A stretch of DNA of 64,000 nt from Verrucomicrobiota bacterium (GTDB lineage Bacteria; Verrucomicrobiota; Verrucomicrobiia; Opitutales; Opitutaceae). Of the stretch, positions 9,345 to 18,542 are shown piece by piece. The position numbers were made by a program, and so were the translations under genes. Location of the stretch: contig JAEXPQ010000150.1 in assembly GCA_023446735.1 (NCBI GenBank), positions 22,257 through 86,256 of the forward strand, read 5' to 3'. Within the stretch, counting starts at the first letter, position 1. Each line of letters begins with the position of its first letter. The notes under the pieces are model-generated. The model was not told the DNA's origin. It saw only the letters and a list, made by a program, of their open reading frames with translations, and made no database searches.

Positions 9345-10013
9345 CTATTTTGTGTTGGAGAACTCCAAGACTAGCCAGTAGCCAAACGGAAACACGGGGT
9401 GCACCCTGACGTTACTGAGATCAATTGTGGCAAGGAAATCGTCCAGATAGAACAGTGGTTCAAATCCAATAATCCTCGCGAACGGGGTAAGCGCCTTCTC
9501 AATTACGCTCATGAGTGAACCTTTCCGGCTGAAGTGATTTACGATGAAAATTCGGCCCGATTCCTTGGTCACGCGCTTCATTTCACGAATCATCCCTGCG
9601 GGGTCGGGTGTGACAGACGCGACGTACATTGCAACGCTTTGGTCGAATTCGCCATCATCGAACTCTAGACTTCCGGCATCCATTCGAAGCAGTCGGACTC
9701 CCTTGCGTCCACTTCGCGCAATCCGCTGTCGCGCGCGTTCCAGCATCTGCTCCGAAAGATCGATGCCGGTGACTTCGGTTCCAGTCGGGTAAAGGTCCAA
9801 TGATAAACCCGTTCCAATTCCGATCTCTAGGACTCTTTCGGATGTAGTCGGCTTCATTCGGAGGAGTGCTTCGCTGCGGCCTGGACCAAGCGAATGCCCG
9901 AAGATGGTATCGTAAACCCGAGCGTATCGTCGATAGCAGTCACGGACCGACTCGTGCGCAAGCAGTCCTTTGTGGCTTCTCCTGGTGGGGAGCTGAACTG
10001 TAAGGTGTGGCAT
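9345..10013 (-). CDS. small class I SAM-dependent methyltransferase (UbiE/PmtA-like)
   Basis: VLEIGIGTGLSL motif I, GIDLSEQMLERAR, FDQSVAMYV, and a C-terminal hydrophobic tail. The overall pattern resembles bacterial phospholipid N-methyltransferases (recalled from memory, unverified). It lies in an AT-richer block. Confidence 0.75.
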   Translation of the reverse strand: MPHLTVQLPTRRSHKGLLAHESVRDCYRRYARVYDTIFGHSLGPGRSEALLRMKPTTSERVLEIGIGTGLSLDLYPTGTEVTGIDLSEQMLERARQRIARSGRKGVRLLRMDAGSLEFDDGEFDQSVAMYVASVTPDPAGMIREMKRVTKESGRIFIVNHFSRKGSLMSVIEKALTPFARIIGFEPLFYLDDFLATIDLSNVRVHPVFPFGYWLVLEFSNTK

Positions 10014-10022
10014 GTGTGTCGC

Positions 10023-11945
10023 TTACTCTGTGTTCGGGGAGCTGAACGCGAAGGCCTTCTGGCGGATTGTACCTAGAGTTCGCGGGTCGATCGCATTTCT
10101 CGAGATCAGTTCGTGACGCTCATCAGGGTCCGTGACCAGTTCGTATATTTGACCTCCCGAAGTAGAGCCGAGGCTTGTTCGCTGGTAGCTGTATTTGTAG
10201 ACGTCGCTGCCGGTTCTCCAGATGACGGCGTCATCCGCGTGTTTCGATGGGAGTGTGCTTTCATGGAAGCTCCACGGGCTTGTTTCGCCCCTGATGAGGG
10301 ATTGCCCCTGCCATGCAACGGGAATACTCAGCCCGAGAAGGTCAGCAATCGTCGGCGCTATATCGGTCTGAGTTGCGAACCGTGGGGGGCGGGCATGTAT
10401 TAGCGGGGTCGTGGAGTATACTAGAAGGGGAATATGCAAGACGGCTTTCGACATGCCTCGTCCGTGGCCGAATACTCCATGTTCGCCCAGGTTCTGGCCG
10501 TGGTCTGCTGTTACAATTACAAGGGCGTCGGTGAGATAGTTTTTTCGTTCTAGTACTTCGATTATTTGGCGAATTATATCGTCCGCCTGCATCACTCTCT
10601 GATTGTATTCGGCGCTGATAGTGTTCTTTGCGGGAGTTGGGTTTCCCTTGGCTCTTGCTTGGGTGCTGAGAGGTCGTTCGGGTGTCGCGTTGCGAAATCT
10701 CGGCTGCAGGTATCCGACCTCGTGAACCGACATCAAGTGGAAGAAAAAAAAGTGTCGACCTTGATCTGCCGGCGGCAATTGCTCGGCTTCTCTGATGAGC
10801 ATCTCGTCGTCGCATGATCCGTTCGGTCCTGGCGCTGCGGCCCCGTGGATGAATCGGTGGATGGTCCGACCGTAGGATTGCTTCAGGCCGTACCAATCAT
10901 GATTCCCCGACAGGATCATGGTGGATGAGAATCCTTGGTCGACGAGGTAGTCACTCAGCGAGTAACTGAATGGAGTTAGGGTGGAATAATTGCGACTGTT
11001 GAGGATGGCGAGGATCCCTCCACGTGAATCGTTGCTGTTTGCTAGAGCGGAATCGAAGCGGATTAGTGGTCCCATTTCGGCCCAGGCGCGCAAGAAGGGG
11101 TCTGTGATCATGTCGTACCCATATACAGAGAGGTGATCCGCTCGTAGTGCATCGACGATGATCAAGACGACGTTTTTTCGGGCTGGTTGCTGTCGGATCG
11201 CGCCAGTTGCCCGAGCGAGCATATCTTCGCTCACGGCTCGTTGTCGCGCTGGCGTCAGCGGGAGATATGACTGCTTCTCGAAAAAGAAACTGACGAACGG
11301 ATCTTTTCCTCCGATCCCGAACTGTTCCGGAAGTGCGACCGCGCATGCGACCACGCAGACGAATGCGCTGATCACAGTCTGCCGGAACCGTCGGACGCCT
11401 CTGTCGGCAGTTTGATCAATGCCCGTATGGCCGCTGTTGATGTTCCATCGAATACGCAGTAACTGGAAACCGGAAACTAGCACAAGTGGAGGCGCTATTA
11501 CCGCAGAAACCGCGAGGTATCCGGGAATAGAAAGTGTGCGTGCCATCGGGAACAAATCGCGGATTGCGCAGGAGAGTATCTTCCACGTCATCGGCTCCCC
11601 CCAATTGGTGACCCCGATCGCTGAGCTAATGTAGATTACGAAAACTAGGTAGTAGCTTAGGGCAGGGACTGCAGCTGAGATCCGATCTGCGTGGGCCGGG
11701 AAAACTAGGTGTGTCACTCTGGCGACCATCCAGTAGAAAACAAGCGTACCATGGGCCCAAAGCAGGACAACGAGGAGGTGCCCTGCTATCATTTCTCGGC
11801 TTAAGCTGAGCGATTCTTGAAATGAAACTAGGAAGAACAGGGCTGTAAGTACTGGTAATCCAAGAATCGCGAGAACCCTAGACCGGTTTTTTTCGAGACT
11901 AGGAAAGTCGAGGGCGCGGACGGGCTGTGCCTTTTCTCCGATCAT
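10023..11945 (-). CDS. membrane-anchored sulfatase-family (alkaline-phosphatase superfamily) transferase, LtaS/EptA/OpgB-like
   Basis: An N-terminal ~230 aa with multiple TM segments precedes a sulfatase fold: VVLIIVDALRADHLSVYGY metal site and VTADHGQNLGEHGVFGHG. The CxPxR position reads SNDSR, so a formylglycine-type sulfatase is unlikely. ATG 11945 is preferred over TTG 11993. Confidence 0.8.
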   Translation of the reverse strand: MIGEKAQPVRALDFPSLEKNRSRVLAILGLPVLTALFFLVSFQESLSLSREMIAGHLLVVLLWAHGTLVFYWMVARVTHLVFPAHADRISAAVPALSYYLVFVIYISSAIGVTNWGEPMTWKILSCAIRDLFPMARTLSIPGYLAVSAVIAPPLVLVSGFQLLRIRWNINSGHTGIDQTADRGVRRFRQTVISAFVCVVACAVALPEQFGIGGKDPFVSFFFEKQSYLPLTPARQRAVSEDMLARATGAIRQQPARKNVVLIIVDALRADHLSVYGYDMITDPFLRAWAEMGPLIRFDSALANSNDSRGGILAILNSRNYSTLTPFSYSLSDYLVDQGFSSTMILSGNHDWYGLKQSYGRTIHRFIHGAAAPGPNGSCDDEMLIREAEQLPPADQGRHFFFFHLMSVHEVGYLQPRFRNATPERPLSTQARAKGNPTPAKNTISAEYNQRVMQADDIIRQIIEVLERKNYLTDALVIVTADHGQNLGEHGVFGHGRGMSKAVLHIPLLVYSTTPLIHARPPRFATQTDIAPTIADLLGLSIPVAWQGQSLIRGETSPWSFHESTLPSKHADDAVIWRTGSDVYKYSYQRTSLGSTSGGQIYELVTDPDERHELISRNAIDPRTLGTIRQKAFAFSSPNTE

Positions 11946-12029
11946 AGGCTTCGTGAAGGTGGGGTGATAGCTGTGCTTCTGCGAGAAAACCAATTGTGAG
12001 TGAAGCGGGTGGTGTATCGTGAAGGACCC

Positions 12030-12791
12030 CTATCCGTGACTTTCTGCGCCTTTCTCCATCGCCACCAGCATCCGCGTGGCGGAGAGCGAAGGGACGATGG
12101 CGAGGCCGCACTCAAGTGCGCGCACAAGCGGAAGCGCGAAACGGGGGCAAAGCTGCGGACCCCGAAAGCCGCCGCAGAGAAGCCACGTGAGGGCGGGCCG
12201 GTAGCCGACCTCGCGGACCGTCCAACCCGCCAGTCGGTCGGCGAATTCGCCGCGCCGAAAGATGCGCCAGGCGTTACCTTGGGCGGCATAGTAGCGGGTC
12301 GATCGGGGATCCCAGTTGGCTGGGGCCGACCAGGTGATCGGCTGCGCGAGCGCGAGCGGTTCGTGGTGGAAAAGGCCGAGCGCCAACCGCCCGAGCAGCC
12401 CAGCGGCGGGTTCAAACAGGACGAGGCGGCCGCCGGGTTTGAGCACTCGGTGCATTTCGGCGAGGGCGGTGCCGGGATACTCAAGGTGATGAAAGACGTC
12501 GAACAGGATGAGCGCCGCGACCGAGTTGTCGGCGAACGACAGGGCAAAGACGTTCTCGGTGCGGTCGATCCACGGATTGGGAAACAGGTCGGTCGCGACG
12601 GCTTCCGGGATGACGCTCTTGAGGTTGCCGATGCCAGAGCCGCATTCGACGACCGGGCCCTCCGGGCGCCCGTCGAGCCGCGCCGCAATCTCGCGATAGA
12701 ACCCGGCATAGACCTCCCGCAACAGTGGTTTGCGTCGCCAGTGGGCGAGGTTCTCGTGGATCTCCACGTTGTGCTGGTCGATGTCGGTCAT
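12030..12791 (-). CDS. class I SAM-dependent methyltransferase
   Basis: VVECGSGIGNL motif I and LKPGGRLVLFEP. Confidence 0.8.
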   Translation of the reverse strand: MTDIDQHNVEIHENLAHWRRKPLLREVYAGFYREIAARLDGRPEGPVVECGSGIGNLKSVIPEAVATDLFPNPWIDRTENVFALSFADNSVAALILFDVFHHLEYPGTALAEMHRVLKPGGRLVLFEPAAGLLGRLALGLFHHEPLALAQPITWSAPANWDPRSTRYYAAQGNAWRIFRRGEFADRLAGWTVREVGYRPALTWLLCGGFRGPQLCPRFALPLVRALECGLAIVPSLSATRMLVAMEKGAESHG

Positions 12792-12919
12792 CTGGTCTCT
12801 TGGTCTGGGGCTATTCGAGTGCGGCCTCCGGGCCGCGTAGGGAGATCACTCGGGAATGGCGTGGAACTTGTGCGAGGGATGGGTGCCGGTTGTCAGCACC
12901 ATTTCGGCGCAGAGCGCGC

Positions 12920-14545
12920 TCATTCGCACCTCGGTCCTACAGCGGTTGAGTTCGCGGCGGGAGGAGGCCTTCGCCCCAGCACCCTCTCAAGATCAAGTTG
13001 CCACAGGGTGAAATGATCCTCGGCGCCGTGTGCTGTATGGAAGACGAGCCGGACCGGACTGTCCGCCTCGACGAACCATGGCGGCACCGGATGCAGACGG
13101 CCTTCGTGGAGAAGAAAGGCGGTGAAGGCCTTCCCGTTGGCGACCATCTGGATTCGTTCCGCGATGGCACCCAAGTACTCACGGGAATGGACGGTCTGGG
13201 GCAATACTGCGATCCGTGAGTCGCCGAGTTCCATCAACATCAAACCATAACATCCGGGGCGGTGAAATTGGTGTGTGATCACCATGCAGGGAAGGTTGCT
13301 TGCGGTCGAATAGTCCGAGAGAAAACGGCGGACCCGATCGAGGCCGGAACCACTCCACATGCCTTGATAGTACACATCGATCTCCGAAGTTGAAACAGGC
13401 GCTTGCTCAGGATTCGCCCCGATCTGCCAGGAAACGATGCTCCATCGAACCAGCGCCAGCGCGAGGACAGTGGTTGCTCCCGTCATGATCTGGCGGAAGC
13501 CACTCGCGGTAGATCCCCAAGCCAGCCCGAGGAAGTAGATCAGCGGTAGATGTTCGGGCAATGCGTAGCGCCCATAGGTGTTGTTGAAGAAAACACTGTC
13601 GACAAACAGCGAAGTACCCCAGCCGAGGAGGCAGATCCATGCCAAGCCGTCGCGGGTTCTTGGGCAAAGGAAGATGCCCCCGCCGACGAGCAACACCAGC
13701 GGCCAGCCACCGAAATCGAAGTAGTACCTCAGCCACACCACCAGGCGTTCGCCCGCCGACAGCAATAAGCCGGTTCCCGTCAAAGGCGGGAGTGCACTGT
13801 AGCGGTCAAGATGACTGCCCAACTTCAGGAGAGCGGGGCCAAGGCTTGATACGGGGACGACTGCGCCGATTCCGACCATGAGCAGGCCGTGAGCGAAAAC
13901 CGGGCGGCGGGAATGGAACTGCAATCCCAAGTATAGGAGGCCGAGCCAAGGAAGTGCGAGAATTGCGGAGATCTTCAGAAGAAAGGCACTCCCGAAGGCT
14001 GCTCCCGCAGCAACGCAGCACAGGGCGCGTTCTCGATCACGTTGGGCGCGACTTGCTGCAGTGACAAGTCCGACGGCCCCGGCGAGCAGGGTGGTGATAA
14101 ACGGATCTTGCAGCGCGAAACGCTCGTAGAAGACGGCAAAAGGAAGCACCGCCCAGAGCCACAGGCCCACCATTGATGCCCTTCGTCCTGCGAGTTGATG
14201 GAGCGTCCAGCCAACCAAGAGCATGGTTACGATACCTGCGAGTGCGCTCATGACTCTTGCCACCGACAAGGCGTGTGCCGGTAGCCACTTGGTCGGCGCG
14301 AAAAGGTGCACTAGCCACGGCCTCCCTTGGGCCAAGGGGTCGAACGCCTCCCTCACTCGCGGGTCGAGTGAGGTGAGGATGTTTGCGCCCTCGTCGACGA
14401 AAGCCTCCGGCCCCTCGATGTGATTCAGCCGAAGGACAAGCGCAACCAGTACCGGCAATGCATACCACCACCAAGCCGTGGAGCTAGTTCCTTCCTCGGG
14501 TGTATCGGATATCATCGTTGCATCGAGTGTGCGCAAGATTCGCAT
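12920..14545 (-). CDS. polytopic GT-C-fold glycosyltransferase (ArnT/PMT-like)
   Basis: A first TM segment (WWWYALPVLVALVLRL) is followed by the loop FVDEGANILTSLD with the DE motif, then about 11 TM segments and a soluble C-terminal domain. The start is ATG 14545 or 14515; the part of the ORF upstream of these looks non-coding. Confidence 0.75.
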   Translation of the reverse strand: MRILRTLDATMISDTPEEGTSSTAWWWYALPVLVALVLRLNHIEGPEAFVDEGANILTSLDPRVREAFDPLAQGRPWLVHLFAPTKWLPAHALSVARVMSALAGIVTMLLVGWTLHQLAGRRASMVGLWLWAVLPFAVFYERFALQDPFITTLLAGAVGLVTAASRAQRDRERALCCVAAGAAFGSAFLLKISAILALPWLGLLYLGLQFHSRRPVFAHGLLMVGIGAVVPVSSLGPALLKLGSHLDRYSALPPLTGTGLLLSAGERLVVWLRYYFDFGGWPLVLLVGGGIFLCPRTRDGLAWICLLGWGTSLFVDSVFFNNTYGRYALPEHLPLIYFLGLAWGSTASGFRQIMTGATTVLALALVRWSIVSWQIGANPEQAPVSTSEIDVYYQGMWSGSGLDRVRRFLSDYSTASNLPCMVITHQFHRPGCYGLMLMELGDSRIAVLPQTVHSREYLGAIAERIQMVANGKAFTAFLLHEGRLHPVPPWFVEADSPVRLVFHTAHGAEDHFTLWQLDLERVLGRRPPPAANSTAVGPRCE

Positions 14546-14720
14546 TAGGCGAAGGTAATTGCATGGTGTTGCCGCTTGTCTGAGCGGGGGCAACGTCCTC
14601 GGTGCTTGGACGGGCCAGTTCGGGCGGGCTCTTCGGTGGATGGTCGGGCGAGAAAGATGTGGCTTCCTTTCGGGCTTTGGCATTGTTTCCGATCGCACGC
14701 TGTGCGCGCCCGTTTCACCC

Positions 14721-15560
14721 ATGTCTGCCGCTGTCCCCAATGTCCCTGTATTGCGCATCCGTCCTCGGCACGGGTTGGCGGCGTTGAACCTGCTGGAGGT
14801 GTGGGCCTACCGGGACGTGCTTTGGATGTTGACGATGCGCGACATCAAGCTGCGCTACCGGCAGACGGCATTGGGGGTGGTCTGGGTGATCCTGCAGCCG
14901 CTGCTGGCCGGGTTGTTGTTCGCGTTGATCTTTGGGCGGTTCGCAAAACTGCCCAGCGAGGGACAGCCCTACCTGTTGTTCGTGTTTGCGGGCATCATGG
15001 CCTGGAACCTGTTCAACGGGGTGATTCAGCGAGCCGGCAATAGCCTTGTGACGGAGTCGAAGTTGATCACGAAGGTCTATTTTCCCCGACTAGTGATCCC
15101 GCTCGCGGCGGCGTTGTCGGCGCTGGTCGACTTCGCGGTGGCCTTGGTTTTGATGGTGGTCCTGCTCGCAATCCACGGGGTCTGGGCGGGCCCGTGGCTC
15201 GCGCTGCTGCCGGTGGTGGTGGTCGCGAACCTTGCGCTCGCGGTTGGCCTCGGGCTTTGGATCTCGGCGCTGAATGTGAGGTACCGCGATTTCATGTACG
15301 CGCTGCCGTTCCTGTTGCAGGTCTGGATGTATGCCTCGCCAGTGGTGTATGGGCTCTCGCTGGTGCCGGAGCGCTGGCGCGGTTGGTTCGCGCTCAATCC
15401 GTTGTGCGGGCTGCTGGAAGGGTTTCGGCAAGCTTTTCTCGGGACGAGCGGGCTGACCGCGGCTGCGGTGTGGGCGACCCTTTTGTGGGCACTGGTAGCA
15501 CTGGTTTCAGGGGCCGTCTATTTCCGGGCGGTCGAACAGGAGTTTGCCGAGCGGCTATAA
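14721..15560 (+). CDS. wzm: ABC-2 type polysaccharide exporter permease
   Basis: VWAYRDVLWMLTMRDIKLRYRQTALGVVWVILQPLL is the signature ABC-2 (Wzm/TagG/KpsM) N-terminus, and six TM segments follow. The start is set to ATG 14721. Confidence 0.9.
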   Translation: MSAAVPNVPVLRIRPRHGLAALNLLEVWAYRDVLWMLTMRDIKLRYRQTALGVVWVILQPLLAGLLFALIFGRFAKLPSEGQPYLLFVFAGIMAWNLFNGVIQRAGNSLVTESKLITKVYFPRLVIPLAAALSALVDFAVALVLMVVLLAIHGVWAGPWLALLPVVVVANLALAVGLGLWISALNVRYRDFMYALPFLLQVWMYASPVVYGLSLVPERWRGWFALNPLCGLLEGFRQAFLGTSGLTAAAVWATLLWALVALVSGAVYFRAVEQEFAERL

Positions 15561-15590
15561 GAACTCATGCACTCGAACCCGGATATTGAA

Positions 15591-15726
15591 CCACAGAGGG
15601 CACGGAGAACACCGAGAACTGATCCTGAAGAGTTGTCCGGCTGGTCGGGCATGTGCTGTCCAGTGACTTGTCGCTACTGCTTTCCGAGCGAAAGCACTTA
15701 CTCTGTGCTCTCTGTGTACTCTGTGG
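15591..15726. repeat. hairpin-type element with arms built of 3 x 9-mer (NNCACNGAG) repeats
   Basis: Left arm ccacagag ggcacggag aacaccgag (15591-15619). Right arm cttactctgtgctctctgtgtactctgtgg (15697-15726) is its imperfect reverse complement. The core is about 77 bp. It sits in the otherwise unexpected 190-bp gap between wzm and wzt. Confidence 0.65.
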
Positions 15727-15751
15727 TTAACCGTCTGGAGTGGCGTTCCCG

Positions 15752-17002
15752 ATGAGCGACCTGGCCATACGCGTCGAAGGCTTGGGCAAGCGGTTCCGAC
15801 TGCGGCACCAGAATGGTGCGCCGCGTTACCGCACGCTACGGGAGGACCTGCTTGCTGCGCCCCGCGAGCTGTGGGCGCGGTTGCGCCGTCGCCGGGTGGA
15901 GCAGGAGGAGTTCTGGGCGCTGAAGGATGTCTCGTTCGAAGTGAGGCAGGGCGAGGTGCTCGGTATCATCGGGCGCAATGGCGCCGGCAAGAGCACGCTC
16001 TTGAAGATCCTCAGCCGCATCATGGACCCCACGACCGGCGAGGCGACCGTGTATGGCCGGATCGGCTCGCTCCTGGAAGTCGGCACCGGTTTCCATCCCG
16101 AGCTGACGGGGCGCGAGAACATCTACCTCAGCGGTGCGCTGCTCGGCATGAAGCGAGCCGAAGTGCGGCGTCGGTTCGACGAGATTGTTGAGTTCGCCGG
16201 GGTGGAGAAGTTCCTCGACACGCCCTGCAAGCACTATTCAAGCGGCATGTATACCCGTTTGGGGTTCGCCGTGGCTGCCCACCTCGACACCGAGATTCTG
16301 CTCGTGGATGAAGTACTGGCCGTGGGGGATGCGGAGTTTCAGAGACGGTGTCTCGGAAAAATGGAGGAGCTTTCGCGCAACGGCAGGACGGTGGTGCTCA
16401 TCAGTCATAATCTCGGCATTGTTCAGACGTTTTGCAGCCGGTGTCTGGTCTTAAAGGAAGGACGAATTGCCCATCAGGCGGCTGCGGTGGCTGCGGTGCA
16501 GTGTTACCTAGCCTTGGGCGCTATCACTGATGAGATAAACATCTTCCGCCTGTCATCTTCGACTGGCCCGCGCATGGCGGTGATCAGGCGAATTGAGGTG
16601 AGCAACTGGGATGCGGCGCCAAGCATGCTTTCGGTGGGTCCCCTCCAATTCGTCGTCGAATGCGCTTTGACGGCGGACTATAAAGAGGCGTCATTACTGC
16701 TCGGTGTCTACGACATGCTTGGGAACAGGGTGCTCTTTCTGGATTCGACTGTAATCATGGGATTCTCTTTCGCCGGTCATGGCAACACCCAGCGGGTGAC
16801 GATCCGATTGTCCCGGGACTTCGCTCTGCGCCCAGGTAGTTACGCATTGAATGGGGCGCTGCTGGTGGATGCACGTATTGAACATCATATTCCGAACGCA
16901 TGCCGGCTTGAGGTTGCGCCGGGAGGTTTTTTTGAGACTGGCCGGGAGCCGGATAGTCCCGTTTTTGTTAGGCAGGAATGGAACGTGAGCACAACGCTAT
17001 GA
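15752..17002 (+). CDS. wzt: polysaccharide ABC exporter ATP-binding protein with C-terminal glycan-binding (Wzt_C-like) domain
   Basis: Walker A GRNGAGKST, signature YSSGM, Walker B LLVDEVLAVGD. An extra ~160-aa beta-rich C-terminal extension is present, as in Wzt proteins that recognise capped O-polysaccharide termini. Confidence 0.88.
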   Translation: MSDLAIRVEGLGKRFRLRHQNGAPRYRTLREDLLAAPRELWARLRRRRVEQEEFWALKDVSFEVRQGEVLGIIGRNGAGKSTLLKILSRIMDPTTGEATVYGRIGSLLEVGTGFHPELTGRENIYLSGALLGMKRAEVRRRFDEIVEFAGVEKFLDTPCKHYSSGMYTRLGFAVAAHLDTEILLVDEVLAVGDAEFQRRCLGKMEELSRNGRTVVLISHNLGIVQTFCSRCLVLKEGRIAHQAAAVAAVQCYLALGAITDEINIFRLSSSTGPRMAVIRRIEVSNWDAAPSMLSVGPLQFVVECALTADYKEASLLLGVYDMLGNRVLFLDSTVIMGFSFAGHGNTQRVTIRLSRDFALRPGSYALNGALLVDARIEHHIPNACRLEVAPGGFFETGREPDSPVFVRQEWNVSTTL

Positions 17003-18432
17003 AAGCATTCGGCAATGGCATTGATCGACGGGTCCGGCTGGCACTGACGGAGACCGAAGTGTGGCGCCGGATCATGCCGGGCTGGCAGGACTTTTATCGG
17101 CAGCTCTGGCAGGTAGGCCAGATTACCGAGCTTTGTAGACACGGACTTTTGGTAGCAACCGAAGTCGCGGTGCAAAGCGACGGATCGGAGGGCGTGCTGC
17201 AGTTCAGGCAGCCGCGGTTACCTTTTGTTGCCTATCCCTTTGAGTGGTCGGTCGCTATGTTCCGGGCGGCTGCGGAGAAATGCCTCGACCTGCACGAGGC
17301 CCTGTGGGACCAAGGTCTTTGCCTAACGGATTCGCACCCTTGGAATATGGTCTTCCGTGGATCCGACCCTCAATGGGTCGATCTCACCTCGATCACGGCC
17401 TACAATGCCGGGACGGTCGAGGCAGGACTCCGGCAATTCTGCACCTGCTTCCTGCACCCCTTATCACTGCTGAACGAGGGCCAAGGAGAGATTGTGCGGG
17501 CCTTATTGGCGCATGCCTTCGCAGATGTGTCGGACGGGCACGCAGATTCTATCCTGCGTTCTGGGGGGGCGGGCGCCCTCCCTTGGTTCCGCCGCATTCC
17601 CCGTGCATTGCTTGCAGCCCAAGCAAAGCCAGGACAGATTCTAGGTCGTGAGTGGCGGAAGCACGCTTGCTTCGGGCGGGTGAATTTTGGCGCAAAAGCT
17701 GCGGCTCACCAAGTGGTGCGGAGGTTGCGCAGGGAACTAGCGGCCGCCCCCTCGCGGGGTGGGCCGAACGAATGGACCACTTATGTTCAGGCCGGACAGG
17801 CTGACCTTAGTGCAAGGGAGATTTCTGAGCGGAAGATCGACGAAAAACGATTGGAGAATGCGAAGGTGCGGATGCTGGAAAAGTGGCTGGCCAACATGAA
17901 GGCGGAGAGCCGGACCCTGCTCGATCTTGGATGCAACAAGGGCCTTTTCACGCAGATTGCTTGGTTGCGAGGCTATGAAGCCGCCGGGGTTGACACTGAT
18001 CAGGGTGCGATTGACTGCATGTATCAGGTGTCCAGTGCTGGGGGTTTGTCGGTGCATTGCGCCGTCGGCGATTTTGTGGCTCCCCGCGAGGCGGCCGGGA
18101 TGCTGACGAATCCCTTGCCGACATTTGTCGAACGTTTCCGAGCCGACGTGGTTCTGGCTTTCGCGGTGGTGCATCATCTCTATTTTGGACGCTACCGCAT
18201 GGATTTTGAACGCATTGTCCAACTGCTGGGACTCTACGCGCGCAAATATCTCATCGTTGAGTTCGTCCCGCCGGAGGACGGATTTCTGCGTGGTCACTAC
18301 GTCGAAGGCGCTGAGGCAACCGAATACACCAGTGAGAATTTCAGACAGGCGGTTGCACGCACATTCCGGGTGCTTGAAATTGGCCCATCCTTCCCATGTG
18401 GGCGTACGATCTGGGTGTTGCAAAAAATCTAG
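16999..18432 (+). CDS. bifunctional-looking protein: N-terminal kinase-like domain + C-terminal class I SAM methyltransferase (WbdD-like chain-terminator candidate)
   Basis: The ATG overlaps the wzt stop (ATGA at 16999-17002). The N-terminal half carries YPFEWSVAMF...LTDSHPWNMVF...WVDLTSI, a D-x-H-P-x-N catalytic-loop-like plus D-L-T motif. The C-terminal half carries LLDLGCNKGLFT motif I. Confidence 0.8.
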   Translation: MKAFGNGIDRRVRLALTETEVWRRIMPGWQDFYRQLWQVGQITELCRHGLLVATEVAVQSDGSEGVLQFRQPRLPFVAYPFEWSVAMFRAAAEKCLDLHEALWDQGLCLTDSHPWNMVFRGSDPQWVDLTSITAYNAGTVEAGLRQFCTCFLHPLSLLNEGQGEIVRALLAHAFADVSDGHADSILRSGGAGALPWFRRIPRALLAAQAKPGQILGREWRKHACFGRVNFGAKAAAHQVVRRLRRELAAAPSRGGPNEWTTYVQAGQADLSAREISERKIDEKRLENAKVRMLEKWLANMKAESRTLLDLGCNKGLFTQIAWLRGYEAAGVDTDQGAIDCMYQVSSAGGLSVHCAVGDFVAPREAAGMLTNPLPTFVERFRADVVLAFAVVHHLYFGRYRMDFERIVQLLGLYARKYLIVEFVPPEDGFLRGHYVEGAEATEYTSENFRQAVARTFRVLEIGPSFPCGRTIWVLQKI

Positions 18433-18542
18433 CCACGCTTGAAGGCAAGGATATCAACGCTATTGCGGGGCGGGGCGACTGCGGATATGCCCCGCCGGTC
18501 CTCCTGCACCGAGCCAGACGAGCTGCATCCTTCGGGCCGGAC

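Noticed and set aside
8013-9374. 453-aa plus-strand ORF antisense to the SDR gene at 8181-9239
   Set aside because: It is a low-complexity shadow ORF. The opposite frame has the Rossmann and YxxxK motifs.
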